From an uncultured Thermotogae bacterium (GTDB lineage: Bacteria; Bipolaricaulota; Bipolaricaulia; RBG-16-55-9), in contig CAZMNF010000004.1 in the NCBI GenBank assembly GCA_964567595.1, positions 3,744 to 67,743 of the forward strand: a DNA stretch of 64,000 nucleotides, written 5' to 3'. The position numbers and the translations under genes are program-made. Below the pieces are notes generated by a model, which did not search any database, was not told the DNA's origin, and saw only the letters and a list, made by a program, of their open reading frames with translations. Positions 44,382 to 53,786 of the stretch are shown here, piece after piece. Positions within the stretch are counted from its first letter, which is position 1, and each line of letters opens with the position of its first letter.

Positions 44382-45436
44382 AAGTCCATCGCCTCCACGA
44401 GCGCGTCCTGGTCCGCCTCGACGCGCTTCGGCTTGACCGACGCCGTCTCGATTGCGCGATCGGGATCCTTCAGGCCGTGGCCCGTCAGCGTGCACACGAC
44501 CGTCGAGCCGTCCTTGAAGTAGCCGTCCGAAGCCAACTTAAAGACGCCCGCCACACTGGCAGCCGAGGCCGGTTCGCAGAAGACGCCTTCCTTGGCGGCC
44601 AGCAGGCCATACGCCTCGACGATCTCCTCGTCGGTGACGATCCCGATTCGGCCGTGGGATTCGTCCTTGGCGGCCACGGCGTTGCGCCAGCTGGCTGGGT
44701 TCCCGATCTTGATCGCCGTCGCGACGGTGTCGGGATGCGCCACCGCATGGCCGTGCGCGATGGGCGCCGCGCCCTGGGCCTGGAAGCCGAGCATGCTAGG
44801 AACGCAGTCGATGACGCCGGCGTCGTGATAGTCGCGATAGCCCTTCCAATACGCCGTGATGTTGCCCGCATTGCCCACGGGCATCGCGTGGAAGTCGGGC
44901 ATCCGGCCGAGCGCGTCGCAGATCTCGAACGCCGCCGTCTTCTGGCCCTCGATCCGATACGGGTTGACCGAGTTGACCAGCGTCACGGGATGCCGCTCGG
45001 CGATCTCGCGAACCGCCTTCAGGGCATCATCGAACAGTCCCGTGATCTGCAGGACGCGCGCGCCGTGCATCGTCGACTGGGCCAGCTTGCCGAGCGCGAT
45101 GTTCCCCTCGGGCACGACGACGAAGCAGTCCAGGCCGGCGCGGGCCGCATAGGCCGCGGCCGACGCAGCCGTGTTGCCCGTTGAGGCACAAATGACGGCC
45201 TGCGCCCCCTCGTCGACAGCCCGCGAGACCGCCACCGTCATGCCGCGATCTTTGAATGAGCACGTCGGGTTGAGCCCCTCAAACTTGACGTAGAGGGTCA
45301 CATTGACCGCGAGCCGGGCTTCCAGGGACGCCGCTCGGACAAGCGGGGTGTTGCCCTCCGAGAGCGTCACAATGGATTGATCATCCAGTGCCGGCAAGTG
45401 ATCGCGATAGCGTTCAATGACGCCGACTTCGTTCAT
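44378..45436 (-). CDS. thrC: threonine synthase
   Basis: 352 aa with the PLP-lysine motif FKDRG and [19 protein letters not shown], typical of short-form ThrC. Confidence 0.9.
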   Translation of the reverse strand: MNEVGVIERYRDHLPALDDQSIVTLSEGNTPLVRAASLEARLAVNVTLYVKFEGLNPTCSFKDRGMTVAVSRAVDEGAQAVICASTGNTAASAAAYAARAGLDCFVVVPEGNIALGKLAQSTMHGARVLQITGLFDDALKAVREIAERHPVTLVNSVNPYRIEGQKTAAFEICDALGRMPDFHAMPVGNAGNITAYWKGYRDYHDAGVIDCVPSMLGFQAQGAAPIAHGHAVAHPDTVATAIKIGNPASWRNAVAAKDESHGRIGIVTDEEIVEAYGLLAAKEGVFCEPASAASVAGVFKLASDGYFKDGSTVVCTLTGHGLKDPDRAIETASVKPKRVEADQDALVEAMDL

Positions 45437-45532
45437 GGCAATCCCTTCTCAGATCGTTCCCTTTGGCTCATTCTGGATGGACACCATCGTGCCCGGGCCC
45501 GGGTCAAATGCGCTATGGAGATCCTGCGGGAT

Positions 45533-45561
45533 TTGACACCCGCCCGAGGCGCTCGTATATG
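45533..45561 (+). promoter_or_regulatory. promoter of asd-lysC-hom operon (TTGACA-N17-TATATG)
   Basis: A perfect -35 at 45533-45538, a 17-nt spacer, and -10 TATATG at 45556-45561, ~40 nt upstream of the asd ATG. Confidence 0.45.
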
Positions 45562-45599
45562 TTTACCTTACGCTTTGCTTGAGAGGCAACCGAATCATC

Positions 45600-46661
45600 A
45601 TGACGCAACGAGTTGAAGTTGGCATTCTTGGCGCAACGGGAACCGTGGGGCAGCGCTTCGTCCAGCTGCTGGACGGCCACCCATGGTTTGAGATCAGCGC
45701 TCTGGCCGCCTCCGAGCGCTCGGCCGGGCAGCGCTACGCCGACGCCTGTGCCTGGAAGTTGCCGACGCCCATGCCGGAGGGCGCTCGAGACCTCGTCGTC
45801 TCGGAGCCGACGCCCGACGCCATCGACGCCCCCGTCGTCTTCTCGGGGCTGACGAGCGATGCGGCGACGTCCGTCGAGCCGGCTTTCGCGGAGGCGAGCC
45901 ATGCCGTCATCAGCAACGCCAGCTCCTTCCGCATGGCGCCCGATGTGCCGCTGTTGATCCCGGAAATCAACGCCGATCACGTTGACCTGATCGAGACGCA
46001 ACGCCGGACCCGCGGCTGGCCCGGTTTCATCGTGACGAACCCGAACTGTTCCACGATCGCGCTCTGCCTCGCGCTAGCGCCCTTGGAGGATCAGTTCGGC
46101 ATCGAGCAGGTCGTGGCAACGACCCTGCAAGCCATCTCCGGCGCCGGATATCCGGGCCTGCCCTCGCTCGACATTATGGGAAACGTTCTCCCGAACATTC
46201 CGAAAGAAGAGACAAAGATGGAGAGCGAGACCCGCAAAATTTTCGGCCAGCTCGCGGGAGATCAATTGGAAGCACACGAGATGGCCTTGAGCGTCACCAC
46301 AACCCGCGTTCCCGTCGTCGAGGGTCACACGGAGAGCGCCTCGATCGGGATGGCAGAACAGCCCGCCATGGAGGACGTCCGGTCCGCGCTCCATGCGTAC
46401 CGATCGTTGCCGCAGAAGCAGGACTTGCCGAGTGCCCCGTGTCGACCTGTCGTTGTCACGGACGATCCCGATCGCCCACAGCCCCGCTTGGACAACGACC
46501 TCGAAGCCGGGATGGCGACCGTGGTCGGGCGACTTCGGCCCTGCCCGGTGCTCGGGGTCAAGCTGGTGCTGCTGGGCCACAACACCCTGCGCGGCGCCGC
46601 CGGCGCGTCGGTGCTCAACGCCGAACTGCTGCACGCGCAAGGAGTTCTGCCTCCCTCATGA
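45600..46661 (+). CDS. asd: aspartate-semialdehyde dehydrogenase
   Basis: The N-terminus VGILGATGTVGQRFVQLL is a Rossmann fold. The catalytic Cys region is NPNCSTIAL, and HTESA provides the active-site His. Start is ATG 45600, although the ORF track offers TTG 45579. Confidence 0.9.
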   Translation: MTQRVEVGILGATGTVGQRFVQLLDGHPWFEISALAASERSAGQRYADACAWKLPTPMPEGARDLVVSEPTPDAIDAPVVFSGLTSDAATSVEPAFAEASHAVISNASSFRMAPDVPLLIPEINADHVDLIETQRRTRGWPGFIVTNPNCSTIALCLALAPLEDQFGIEQVVATTLQAISGAGYPGLPSLDIMGNVLPNIPKEETKMESETRKIFGQLAGDQLEAHEMALSVTTTRVPVVEGHTESASIGMAEQPAMEDVRSALHAYRSLPQKQDLPSAPCRPVVVTDDPDRPQPRLDNDLEAGMATVVGRLRPCPVLGVKLVLLGHNTLRGAAGASVLNAELLHAQGVLPPS

Positions 46662-48058
46662 TCGTCATGAAGTTCGGCGGCACCTCCGTCGGCGGGGCGG
46701 CCGCCATGGAGGCCGCCATGCGGGCCGTCGAGTCCCGTCGGGATCGCCAGCCGGTCGTCGTGGCATCGGCGATGCGCGGCGTGACGGACGCGCTCAGCGC
46801 TTGCGCCGACGCCGCCCAGCGTGGGGACGAGAGCGGCGCCGTCGGCCATTTGGACAAGCTCGCCGAGCGCCACCGGACCGCCGCCCGCCAGCTGCTCGAC
46901 GACGGCGAGGCGCTGACGGAGCTCCAATCGTGGCTGGCATCCCAGTTCGAAGAGATGCGGACGCTCCTGAAAGGGTTGGCCATCCTGGGCGAACTCACGC
47001 CCCGCTCGCTCGACGCGCTGCTGGCCTACGGCGAACGCCTCTCGACGCGGATCCTCCAGGCAGCCATGACCGAGCGCGGGCTGGCGGCCCGGTGGATCGA
47101 CGCCCGCGAGGTCGTCGTGACCGATCGCCACTTCGGACAGGCAACGCCGCTCGTGGCCGAGAGCCGCGAGCGGGCTGAGCGGCTGCGAGCGGCGGCAGAG
47201 GCGGGACAGATTCCCGTGACTCAGGGCTTTGTTGGCGCCACAACCGACGGAACGACCGCGACGCTCGGGCGCGGCGGCTCCGACTACTCCGCCGCGCTTT
47301 TGGCCCAGGTGTGCGACGCTGACGAGATCGAGATCTGGACGGACGTCAAGGGGGTCATGACGGCCGATCCCAGCGTCGTGCCGGAGGCCCATCCCGTGCC
47401 GGAGCTGTCCTATGCCGAGGCCGCCGAGCTGGCCTACTTCGGCGCCAAGGTGCTCCATCCGCTGACGGTCGCCCCGGCCGTGGAAGCGAACATTCCGCTC
47501 GCCATTCTGAACACCTTCGAGCCGGAATCCCCGGGCACGCGCGTCGTTCGTGACGCCCGTTACGACGATCACGCCGTGAAAGCGATCACGGCGATCCACG
47601 GGCTCAGCCTGGTGACCATCGCCGGTCGCGGCATGCTCGGCATCCCGGGCGTGGCGGCACGCGTCTTCTCCGCGGTGGCTGAGGAGGGGATCAACGTGCT
47701 GATGATCTCGCAAGCGTCGTCGGAGCAGAGCATCTGTTTCTTGGTCGACTCGACCGACGCCGACCGCGCCATCGAAGCCCTCCAATCGGCGTTTGAGCGC
47801 GAGCGCCATCGCCACACAGTCGATCGCATCGACGCCCAGGCCGAGGTGGCGATCCTGGCGGTCGTCGGCGCCGGCATGAAGGGAACGCCGGGCATCGCCG
47901 GGAAGCTCTTCGGGGCGCTCGGCGCCCATGGCATTAACGTCGTCTCCATCGCTCAAGGGTCGTCGGAGTACAACCTCTCGGTCGTCGTCGCCGAGGGCGA
48001 CGCGGACGGCGCGATGCGCCAGATCCACCGCGAGTTCAACTTGGGGGAGGGGAAATGA
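46658..48058 (+). CDS. lysC: aspartate kinase
   Basis: ATGA overlap with asd. The N-terminus MIVMKFGGTSVG is the AA-kinase fold, and C-terminal tandem ACT domains (…ISQASSEQSICFLV…, …IAQGSSEYNLSVVV…) follow. The ORF-track start at 46439 is an extension. Confidence 0.85.
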   Translation: MIVMKFGGTSVGGAAAMEAAMRAVESRRDRQPVVVASAMRGVTDALSACADAAQRGDESGAVGHLDKLAERHRTAARQLLDDGEALTELQSWLASQFEEMRTLLKGLAILGELTPRSLDALLAYGERLSTRILQAAMTERGLAARWIDAREVVVTDRHFGQATPLVAESRERAERLRAAAEAGQIPVTQGFVGATTDGTTATLGRGGSDYSAALLAQVCDADEIEIWTDVKGVMTADPSVVPEAHPVPELSYAEAAELAYFGAKVLHPLTVAPAVEANIPLAILNTFEPESPGTRVVRDARYDDHAVKAITAIHGLSLVTIAGRGMLGIPGVAARVFSAVAEEGINVLMISQASSEQSICFLVDSTDADRAIEALQSAFERERHRHTVDRIDAQAEVAILAVVGAGMKGTPGIAGKLFGALGAHGINVVSIAQGSSEYNLSVVVAEGDADGAMRQIHREFNLGEGK

Positions 48059-49146
48059 CGCAAGCGATCTCCGTCGTGCTGTTGGGAGCCGGTGGCGTCG
48101 GTCGGGCGCTCCTGCGCCAGGTGATGGAGACCCGCCAGCGCCACGCCGAGCGACTGGGCCTGCGATTCGACGTCGCCGCCGTCACCGATCGGGACGGCGT
48201 CGCGATGGCGGACTCCGGCCTGACGGACGACGATTTGACGGAACTGATCAACGCCAAGGCCCAGGGAACGTGCCTCAAGGATCAGCCAAACGGGCAGGCC
48301 TGGGACGGCGAGGCCGGCCTGTTGGATGAGGTCGCCGCGCCGGCGATTCTGGTTGACGCCTCGGCCACGGATGCCACGGTCCCGCTGTTGTTGCAGGCCC
48401 GCCGGCGCCATTGGGGGCTCGTCCTGGCCAACAAGATCCCGCTTGCAGGCCCCTGGGAGACGTTCCAGGAGCTTGCGTCCAGTCCGCGGACGCGCTTTGA
48501 GACAACGGTCGCTGCGGCATTGCCCGTGCTGTCGACGCTGCAGACGTATCTGCTCGACACGGGCGATCGCGTCACGCGCGCGCGCGGCTGCGTCTCCGGC
48601 ACGCTCAACATCGTCTGTCGGCGTCTCGAAGCGGGCGAGACGCTGAGCGAGATCGTCACCGACGCGCGCGACCACGGCCACACCGAACCCGATCCCCGCG
48701 AGGACCTGGCCGGGCGAGATGCCGCGCGCAAGGCCCTCATCCTCGCCCGCCTCATGGGCCACCGCCGGGACTTCGAGGACGTGGAGGTCGAGCCGCTCTA
48801 TCCCAGCGAGATGGACGAGCTGGACGTGGACGACTTCATGGCCCACCTGACGGAAATGGACGTTCCGTACCGCGAGCTATCGAAGGAAGCACGGGCGGCC
48901 GGCCGCTCGTTGCGCTACGTCATCGAGGTCACGCCCGAGACCTGTCGCGCCCGTCTGGAACAGCTGGAGCCCCACGACGAGCTCGTCCGCCCCGGCGCCT
49001 CCGACAGCGTCGTGGCATTGACGAGCGAGCGCTACCGCGACGACCCGCTCATCGTGCGCGGCATGGGCTCGGGGCCCGACCTGACGGCCTCGGGCGTGTT
49101 GGCCGATCTGTTGACGCTGGCCCCCCGGATGGCCGAGACGGCCTAG
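48055..49146 (+). CDS. hom: homoserine dehydrogenase
   Basis: ATGA overlap with lysC. The NAD-binding N-terminus is VVLLGAGGVGRALL, followed by the homoserine DH catalytic domain. Confidence 0.85.
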   Translation: MTQAISVVLLGAGGVGRALLRQVMETRQRHAERLGLRFDVAAVTDRDGVAMADSGLTDDDLTELINAKAQGTCLKDQPNGQAWDGEAGLLDEVAAPAILVDASATDATVPLLLQARRRHWGLVLANKIPLAGPWETFQELASSPRTRFETTVAAALPVLSTLQTYLLDTGDRVTRARGCVSGTLNIVCRRLEAGETLSEIVTDARDHGHTEPDPREDLAGRDAARKALILARLMGHRRDFEDVEVEPLYPSEMDELDVDDFMAHLTEMDVPYRELSKEARAAGRSLRYVIEVTPETCRARLEQLEPHDELVRPGASDSVVALTSERYRDDPLIVRGMGSGPDLTASGVLADLLTLAPRMAETA

Positions 49147-49171
49147 ATGGCCCAGACAGGGGCGATTGTGG

Positions 49172-49525
49172 CTATTCGGGGACCGGCGTCACGGCCGCTT
49201 CGTCCTCCTCACCCGTCCGGATCCGGTGGACGCTTTCGACGGGCAGCACGAAGATCTTGCCGTCGCCGACCTCGCCCGTTCGGGCTGCGCTCTGAATGGC
49301 CGCCACGGTGCGGTCGACGAACGACTCGGAGACGCCGATCTCGAACCGCACTTTCTCCTGCAGCACCATTTTCGCGGATGTGCCGCGATAGGTGCGCACG
49401 AACTCCAACTCGCCGCCGTGTCCCTGGATGCGGCTCATGCTCAGCCCGCGAACGTCGGCGTCGAACAGCGCGGTCAGGACCGCGTTGACCCGGTCCGGCC
49501 GCACGATGGCCACGATCAGCTTCAC
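49172..49525 (-). CDS. glnB: nitrogen regulatory protein P-II
   Basis: GTG start 6 nt after GGAGGAGG, giving (M)KLIVAIVRPDRVNAVLTAL...RIQGHGGE...RTYRGT (T-loop Tyr)...GDGKIFVLPVESVHRIRTGE. It lies immediately downstream of amt, so it is a GlnK-type paralogue. Confidence 0.85.
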   Translation of the reverse strand: MKLIVAIVRPDRVNAVLTALFDADVRGLSMSRIQGHGGELEFVRTYRGTSAKMVLQEKVRFEIGVSESFVDRTVAAIQSAARTGEVGDGKIFVLPVESVHRIRTGEEDEAAVTPVPE

Positions 49526-49526
49526 G

Positions 49527-50909
49527 CTATCCCTCCTCCGCGGCAACCGATTCCGAGGCCTGCGTCGAGCGCGTCAGGTCGCCGCCGGTCAACAGCACGG
49601 CGCCTTCGCCGGTGTTGTAGGCGTCCTCGCCATGGAGACCCACGTCCAGGCCATATCCTTCGATCGTCTCGTCGGCCCGTAGCGGGACGACGGCCCCAAT
49701 GGCTTTGAGCAACCCGAACGAGACGAGGCCACTGTAGGCGATCGCCGCCAGCGACGCGATCGCCTGGATCCCCAACTGGGCGACGTTGCCCTCGATGAGG
49801 CCCGACGAGCCGCCCCACGCGGCACTGGCAAAGACGCCCGTCAACAGCGCCCCGCTCAGGCCGCCCAGGCCGTGCGCGCCGACCACATCCAGCGAGTCGT
49901 CGAGGGCCGTCCGCGTCCGCCACTGGACGAACAGATACGAGGGCACCGCCGCCAGCGCCCCGAGTGCCAGTGCCCCGACGGGCGAGACGAAGCCGGCCGC
50001 CGGCGTGATCGCGACGAGGCCGACGACGATGGCCGTTGCCGCTCCGACGGCGGTGATGCGCCGGGTGCCGGCGCGATCGAGCGCCATCCAGACGAGCATC
50101 GTCGCCATCGGCGCCAGCATCGTGTTGACGAACGCCAGCGCCGCGGATGCGTCCGACGCCAGCGCGCTGCCGCCGTTGAAGCCGAACCAGCCGAACCAGA
50201 GCAGCGCCGCGCCGAGGACGACGAACGGGACGTTGTGAGGCAGAATCGCTTGGCGACTGTAGTCGTTGCGGGTGCCGACCGCCATCGCAGCGACGAGCGC
50301 CGCAACTCCCGCATTGATGTGGACGACCGTGCCGCCGGCGAAGTCGAGTGCGCCCAGATCGCCGAGCCAGCCGCCGCCCCAGACCCAGTGGGCAATGGGC
50401 GCGTAGACGACGAGCGACCAGAGCGCGATGAAGGCGAGGTACGGCCCGAAGCGCATCCGTTCCACAACCGCGCCCGATATCAGCGCGGCGGTGATGATGG
50501 CGAACGTCCCTTGGAATCCCATGAACAACACGTCGGGGAACGCGCCCCCCTGGCCCGTGCTCAACCCGACGCCCGACACGAGCAGATGATTCAGGCCGCC
50601 AATCCAGGCCTGCCACGCTCCGCCGTCCGCAAATGCCAAGCTGTACCCAACGAGTGTCCAGGCGGCGCCGACCACGGCGATCGCCCCTAGGCTCATCATG
50701 ATCGTGTTGAGCGCATTTTTTGCGCGGACGAGGCCGCTGTAGAAAAACGCCAATCCCGGCGTCATGAGCAGCACCAACGCTGTGGCCACGAGCATCCAGG
50801 CCGTGTCGCCCGAGGAGACATTGTCCGCTTGGGCGCCCCAAGCAGAAGCAGCCGGTCCCATCGCCATGACTCCCGACGTGAACGCCATCTGAAATGGACG
50901 TATGATCAT
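49527..50909 (-). CDS. amt: ammonium transporter
   Basis: 460 aa and 11 TM helices, with the Amt signatures DFAGGTVVHINAG and GAHGLGGLSGALLTG. The RBS GAGGTGA lies 7 nt upstream. Its stop is 1 nt from the glnK start. Confidence 0.9.
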   Translation of the reverse strand: MIIRPFQMAFTSGVMAMGPAASAWGAQADNVSSGDTAWMLVATALVLLMTPGLAFFYSGLVRAKNALNTIMMSLGAIAVVGAAWTLVGYSLAFADGGAWQAWIGGLNHLLVSGVGLSTGQGGAFPDVLFMGFQGTFAIITAALISGAVVERMRFGPYLAFIALWSLVVYAPIAHWVWGGGWLGDLGALDFAGGTVVHINAGVAALVAAMAVGTRNDYSRQAILPHNVPFVVLGAALLWFGWFGFNGGSALASDASAALAFVNTMLAPMATMLVWMALDRAGTRRITAVGAATAIVVGLVAITPAAGFVSPVGALALGALAAVPSYLFVQWRTRTALDDSLDVVGAHGLGGLSGALLTGVFASAAWGGSSGLIEGNVAQLGIQAIASLAAIAYSGLVSFGLLKAIGAVVPLRADETIEGYGLDVGLHGEDAYNTGEGAVLLTGGDLTRSTQASESVAAEEG

Positions 50910-50966
50910 GAGATTATCACCTCATATGGAGGATGGCCACGTTTATATCATTGAACATGGAGAGCG

Positions 50967-50998
50967 TCAATATGAACGTCCTTGACGTTGACATATGA
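50967..50998. promoter_or_regulatory. 32-bp imperfect palindrome (core AACGTC-CTT-GACGTT) in the amt / DUF423 divergent region; candidate operator
   Basis: tcaatatgAACGTCcttGACGTTgacatatga has a perfect 6-bp inverted repeat with a 3-bp spacer and extended ATATG arms. It sits 60-90 nt upstream of the amt ATG in a locally AT-rich patch. Confidence 0.4.
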
Positions 50999-51135
50999 TC
51001 AATTCATGGCCATTCTCAATGTGTAAACAACCGCTCTTTGGGTTCATAACTGGAAATGGGAACCTTCCGATCGGTATCCCCGTCCACGGATCAGCCCCTT
51101 GCGCCGCAGCGGGCGGGACGGTTCAATGGAGCCGT

Positions 51136-51504
51136 ATGGATCGACTCTTCTTCGCCCTCGGCGCCCTGTTGGCGGGGATCGGCGTCGCTGCCGGGGCATT
51201 CGGCGCGCACGGCCTCCGCGACCGACTCTCGGCCGAGATGCTCGCCATCTTTGAGACCGGCGTCCGCTACCACTTGATTCACGCGTTGGCGTTGCTCGTC
51301 ACCGCGTGGGCCTCGACCCGCTGGTCCGAAGGCCTCATCACCGGCGCCGGCTGGCTCTTCGTCGTCGGGATCGTCGTCTTTTCCGGAAGTCTGTATCTGC
51401 TCAGCCTCACCGGGACCCGTTGGCTCGGCGCAATCACGCCGATCGGCGGCGTGGCGTTCCTCGTCGGCTGGGCGCTTTTGGCCTGGGCGGCGCTGCGAGG
51501 CTGA
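51136..51504 (+). CDS. DUF423 family membrane protein
   Basis: ATG 51136 follows GGAG. It is 122 aa with 4 TM helices and AGAFGAHGL...YH motifs typical of DUF423/YgdD. Confidence 0.7.
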   Translation: MDRLFFALGALLAGIGVAAGAFGAHGLRDRLSAEMLAIFETGVRYHLIHALALLVTAWASTRWSEGLITGAGWLFVVGIVVFSGSLYLLSLTGTRWLGAITPIGGVAFLVGWALLAWAALRG

Positions 51505-51511
51505 GGCGGCC

Positions 51512-52495
51512 ATGGCCCTGACCGTCTACTGGCCACGCGACCAACGCCCGGACGCGGTGGAGGTGTTGCACGACAACCTCCGGTCGGACGTCGAGCTCGT
51601 CTGGGGGCCGACCCCGCCCGCTCGCTACGACGTGCTGATCGCCGGGCGTCCCGATCGCGAGCAGCTCGCCGCTAGTCGGGATTTGGACGCGTTGATCATC
51701 CCCTTTGCCGGGATTCCCCTCTCCACCCGAGAGACGCTCGCGGATTTCCCCGGGTTGCGCATCCACAACCTGCACCACAACGCGGCGTCGACCGCGGAAA
51801 TGGCGATTGCGCTGCTGATGGCCACGGCCAAGCGCCTGCTGCCGTTTGATCGAGCCTTCCGCCGCCGCAATTGGCAAGCGCGCTTCGAGGCGGCGCCGTC
51901 GGCCATGCTGCTCGACGGCAAGCGGGCGCTGGTGCTCGGCTACGGGGCCATCGGCCAACGGATTGCCCATGTTCTCAGCGCGCTCGGCCTCGCCGTGACG
52001 GCCGTCTGCCGCGACCCGAGCAAGCACCCCGACGCATCCGAGTTCGGGGTCGACGTTCGGGCCGTGGAAGAACTCCATCGGCTCTGGCCGCAGGCCGACG
52101 TGCTCATGATCGCGCTGCCGCAGACGCCCGAGACCGAAGGCCTCGTCGGCGAGGCCCAGCTCGACGGCATGCCGGACGCCGCCCTGCTGGTCAACGTCGG
52201 GCGGGCGGCCGTCGTCGACCAAGCGGCGCTCTACGACGCCCTGAGCAACGGGAATTTAGGTGGGGCCGGAATCGACGTCTGGTACAACTACCCCAGCGGT
52301 CCCGACGAACGCGCGGCCACTCCACCGGCGGACTACCCCTTCCACGACCTCGACAACGTCGTCATGAGCCCGCACCGTGCGGGCGGAGGCGACACGATCG
52401 AAGCGCGGCGCATGGCCGAGTTGGCCGAGCTGCTGAACGCCTTGGCCCGCGGCGAGACCGACACGCAACGCGTCGACCTCAACGCGGGCTACTGA
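51512..52495 (+). CDS. D-isomer-specific 2-hydroxyacid dehydrogenase family protein
   Basis: The NAD-binding motif is LVLGYGAIGQRIA. Catalytic Arg/Glu/His pattern (…VGRAAVVDQAAL…, …MSPHRAGG…). Confidence 0.8.
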   Translation: MALTVYWPRDQRPDAVEVLHDNLRSDVELVWGPTPPARYDVLIAGRPDREQLAASRDLDALIIPFAGIPLSTRETLADFPGLRIHNLHHNAASTAEMAIALLMATAKRLLPFDRAFRRRNWQARFEAAPSAMLLDGKRALVLGYGAIGQRIAHVLSALGLAVTAVCRDPSKHPDASEFGVDVRAVEELHRLWPQADVLMIALPQTPETEGLVGEAQLDGMPDAALLVNVGRAAVVDQAALYDALSNGNLGGAGIDVWYNYPSGPDERAATPPADYPFHDLDNVVMSPHRAGGGDTIEARRMAELAELLNALARGETDTQRVDLNAGY

Positions 52496-52530
52496 GCGAG
52501 CCGATCGATCCTCGGAGCTTGAGCCTGCGC

Positions 52531-53718
52531 TTAGGGCGTGGTGACCCGATAGATGCCGCCGCCCCTATCGACGGCGTACAACTCGCCGGCGGCATCGGTC
52601 CCGAACGACGTCAGCTCGCGGTCGGTCTCGAGGAGCTGGTTCATGCTCCAGTCGCCCGACTCGTCTAGATGTGCCGACCAGACGCGCCCGCTGCAGAAGT
52701 CAGCGAACAGATAATGGCCAACCAGCTCAGGAACCGCAGAGCCACGGTAGACGTAGCCGCCGGTGATGGAACAACCCTGGTCGTGGCTGTACTCCGCGAT
52801 CGGCAGCTCCAGGCCGCTCTCGTCGCAGTTGGCCGAGCGGAAGCAGTGGGCGCCCTCCATGACGTTCCAGCCGTAGTTGCCGCCCTTTTCGATCAGATCG
52901 ACCTCTTCCCACTGGTTCTGTCCCACATCGGCGGCGTACAGATCGCCCGTGCAGCGGTCGAAGGAGAACCGCCACGGGTTGCGGAGGCCGTAGGCGTAGA
53001 TCTCGTCCCGTGCCCCGGCGCGGTCGACGAACGGGTTGTCCGCGGGGATGCCGTAAGGTTGGCCGTTCTGGGGATCGACGTCGATCCGCAGGAGCGCGCC
53101 CAAGAGCGTTCCCAAATCCTGACCGTTGTTTCTCGGATCGCCGCCGGCGCCGCCGTCGCCCATGCCGACGTAGAGATGCCCATCAGGGCCGAACTGGAGC
53201 TGACCGCCATTGTGGTTCCGGAACGGCTGCTCGATCGTCAACAGCACCCGCTCGGTCTCCCCGTCGACGCGGTCGGCGCTCTCGTCCGCGAGAAACTCTG
53301 AGACGACCGTGGCCCCGTCGCTGGCGCGCGTGTAGTTGACGTACAGGCGGTTGTCTGTCGGGAAGTCCGGATGGAAGGCGACGCTCAACAGGCCCTGCTC
53401 GCCGCCGAAGGCCACTCGGTCCCGTATGTCGAGGTACGGCGCTGAGCGCACCTCGCCGTCGTGCAGAACGCGGATGACGCCGGGCTGCTCCACGACGAAC
53501 AAGCGCCCGGAGCCGTCGCCCGCGTGCGTCAGATACGCGGGCGACTCAAACCCGTCGGCAACGCGCTCCAGAGCGATCGTCGGCTGAGCGACGCTCGGCG
53601 CGACGACCTCGCAGGGATCGTCCACCTGCGCCGCCAGTTCCGTGCCGCATCCCGTCAACACCCCGACGAGCAAGACCGCCACCATGACCGAGCGCACCGA
53701 CGAGACCACGCGAATCAC
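52531..53718 (-). CDS. PQQ-dependent soluble sugar (aldose) dehydrogenase family lipoprotein (SGL/GDH-B beta-propeller)
   Basis: Start at GTG 53718 (or ATG 53685), with the lipobox LTGC. Beta-propeller motifs are HNGGQLQFGPDGHLYVGMGDGG and YAYGLRNPWRFSFD. The 542-aa ORF-track N-extension is Arg/Pro junk. Confidence 0.75.
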   Translation of the reverse strand: MIRVVSSVRSVMVAVLLVGVLTGCGTELAAQVDDPCEVVAPSVAQPTIALERVADGFESPAYLTHAGDGSGRLFVVEQPGVIRVLHDGEVRSAPYLDIRDRVAFGGEQGLLSVAFHPDFPTDNRLYVNYTRASDGATVVSEFLADESADRVDGETERVLLTIEQPFRNHNGGQLQFGPDGHLYVGMGDGGAGGDPRNNGQDLGTLLGALLRIDVDPQNGQPYGIPADNPFVDRAGARDEIYAYGLRNPWRFSFDRCTGDLYAADVGQNQWEEVDLIEKGGNYGWNVMEGAHCFRSANCDESGLELPIAEYSHDQGCSITGGYVYRGSAVPELVGHYLFADFCSGRVWSAHLDESGDWSMNQLLETDRELTSFGTDAAGELYAVDRGGGIYRVTTP

Positions 53719-53786
53719 CTCAATTTCCAGATGCGAGCACGGTAGCGGCGTGACCTCCGGCGCGCAATGGTCACGTTGAAGGCGGC

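Noticed and set aside
49172-49546. Longer TTG-initiated 124-aa form of P-II
   Set aside because: A GTG at 49525 with a GGAGGAGG RBS 6 nt upstream gives the canonical 117-aa MKLIVAIV... N-terminus.
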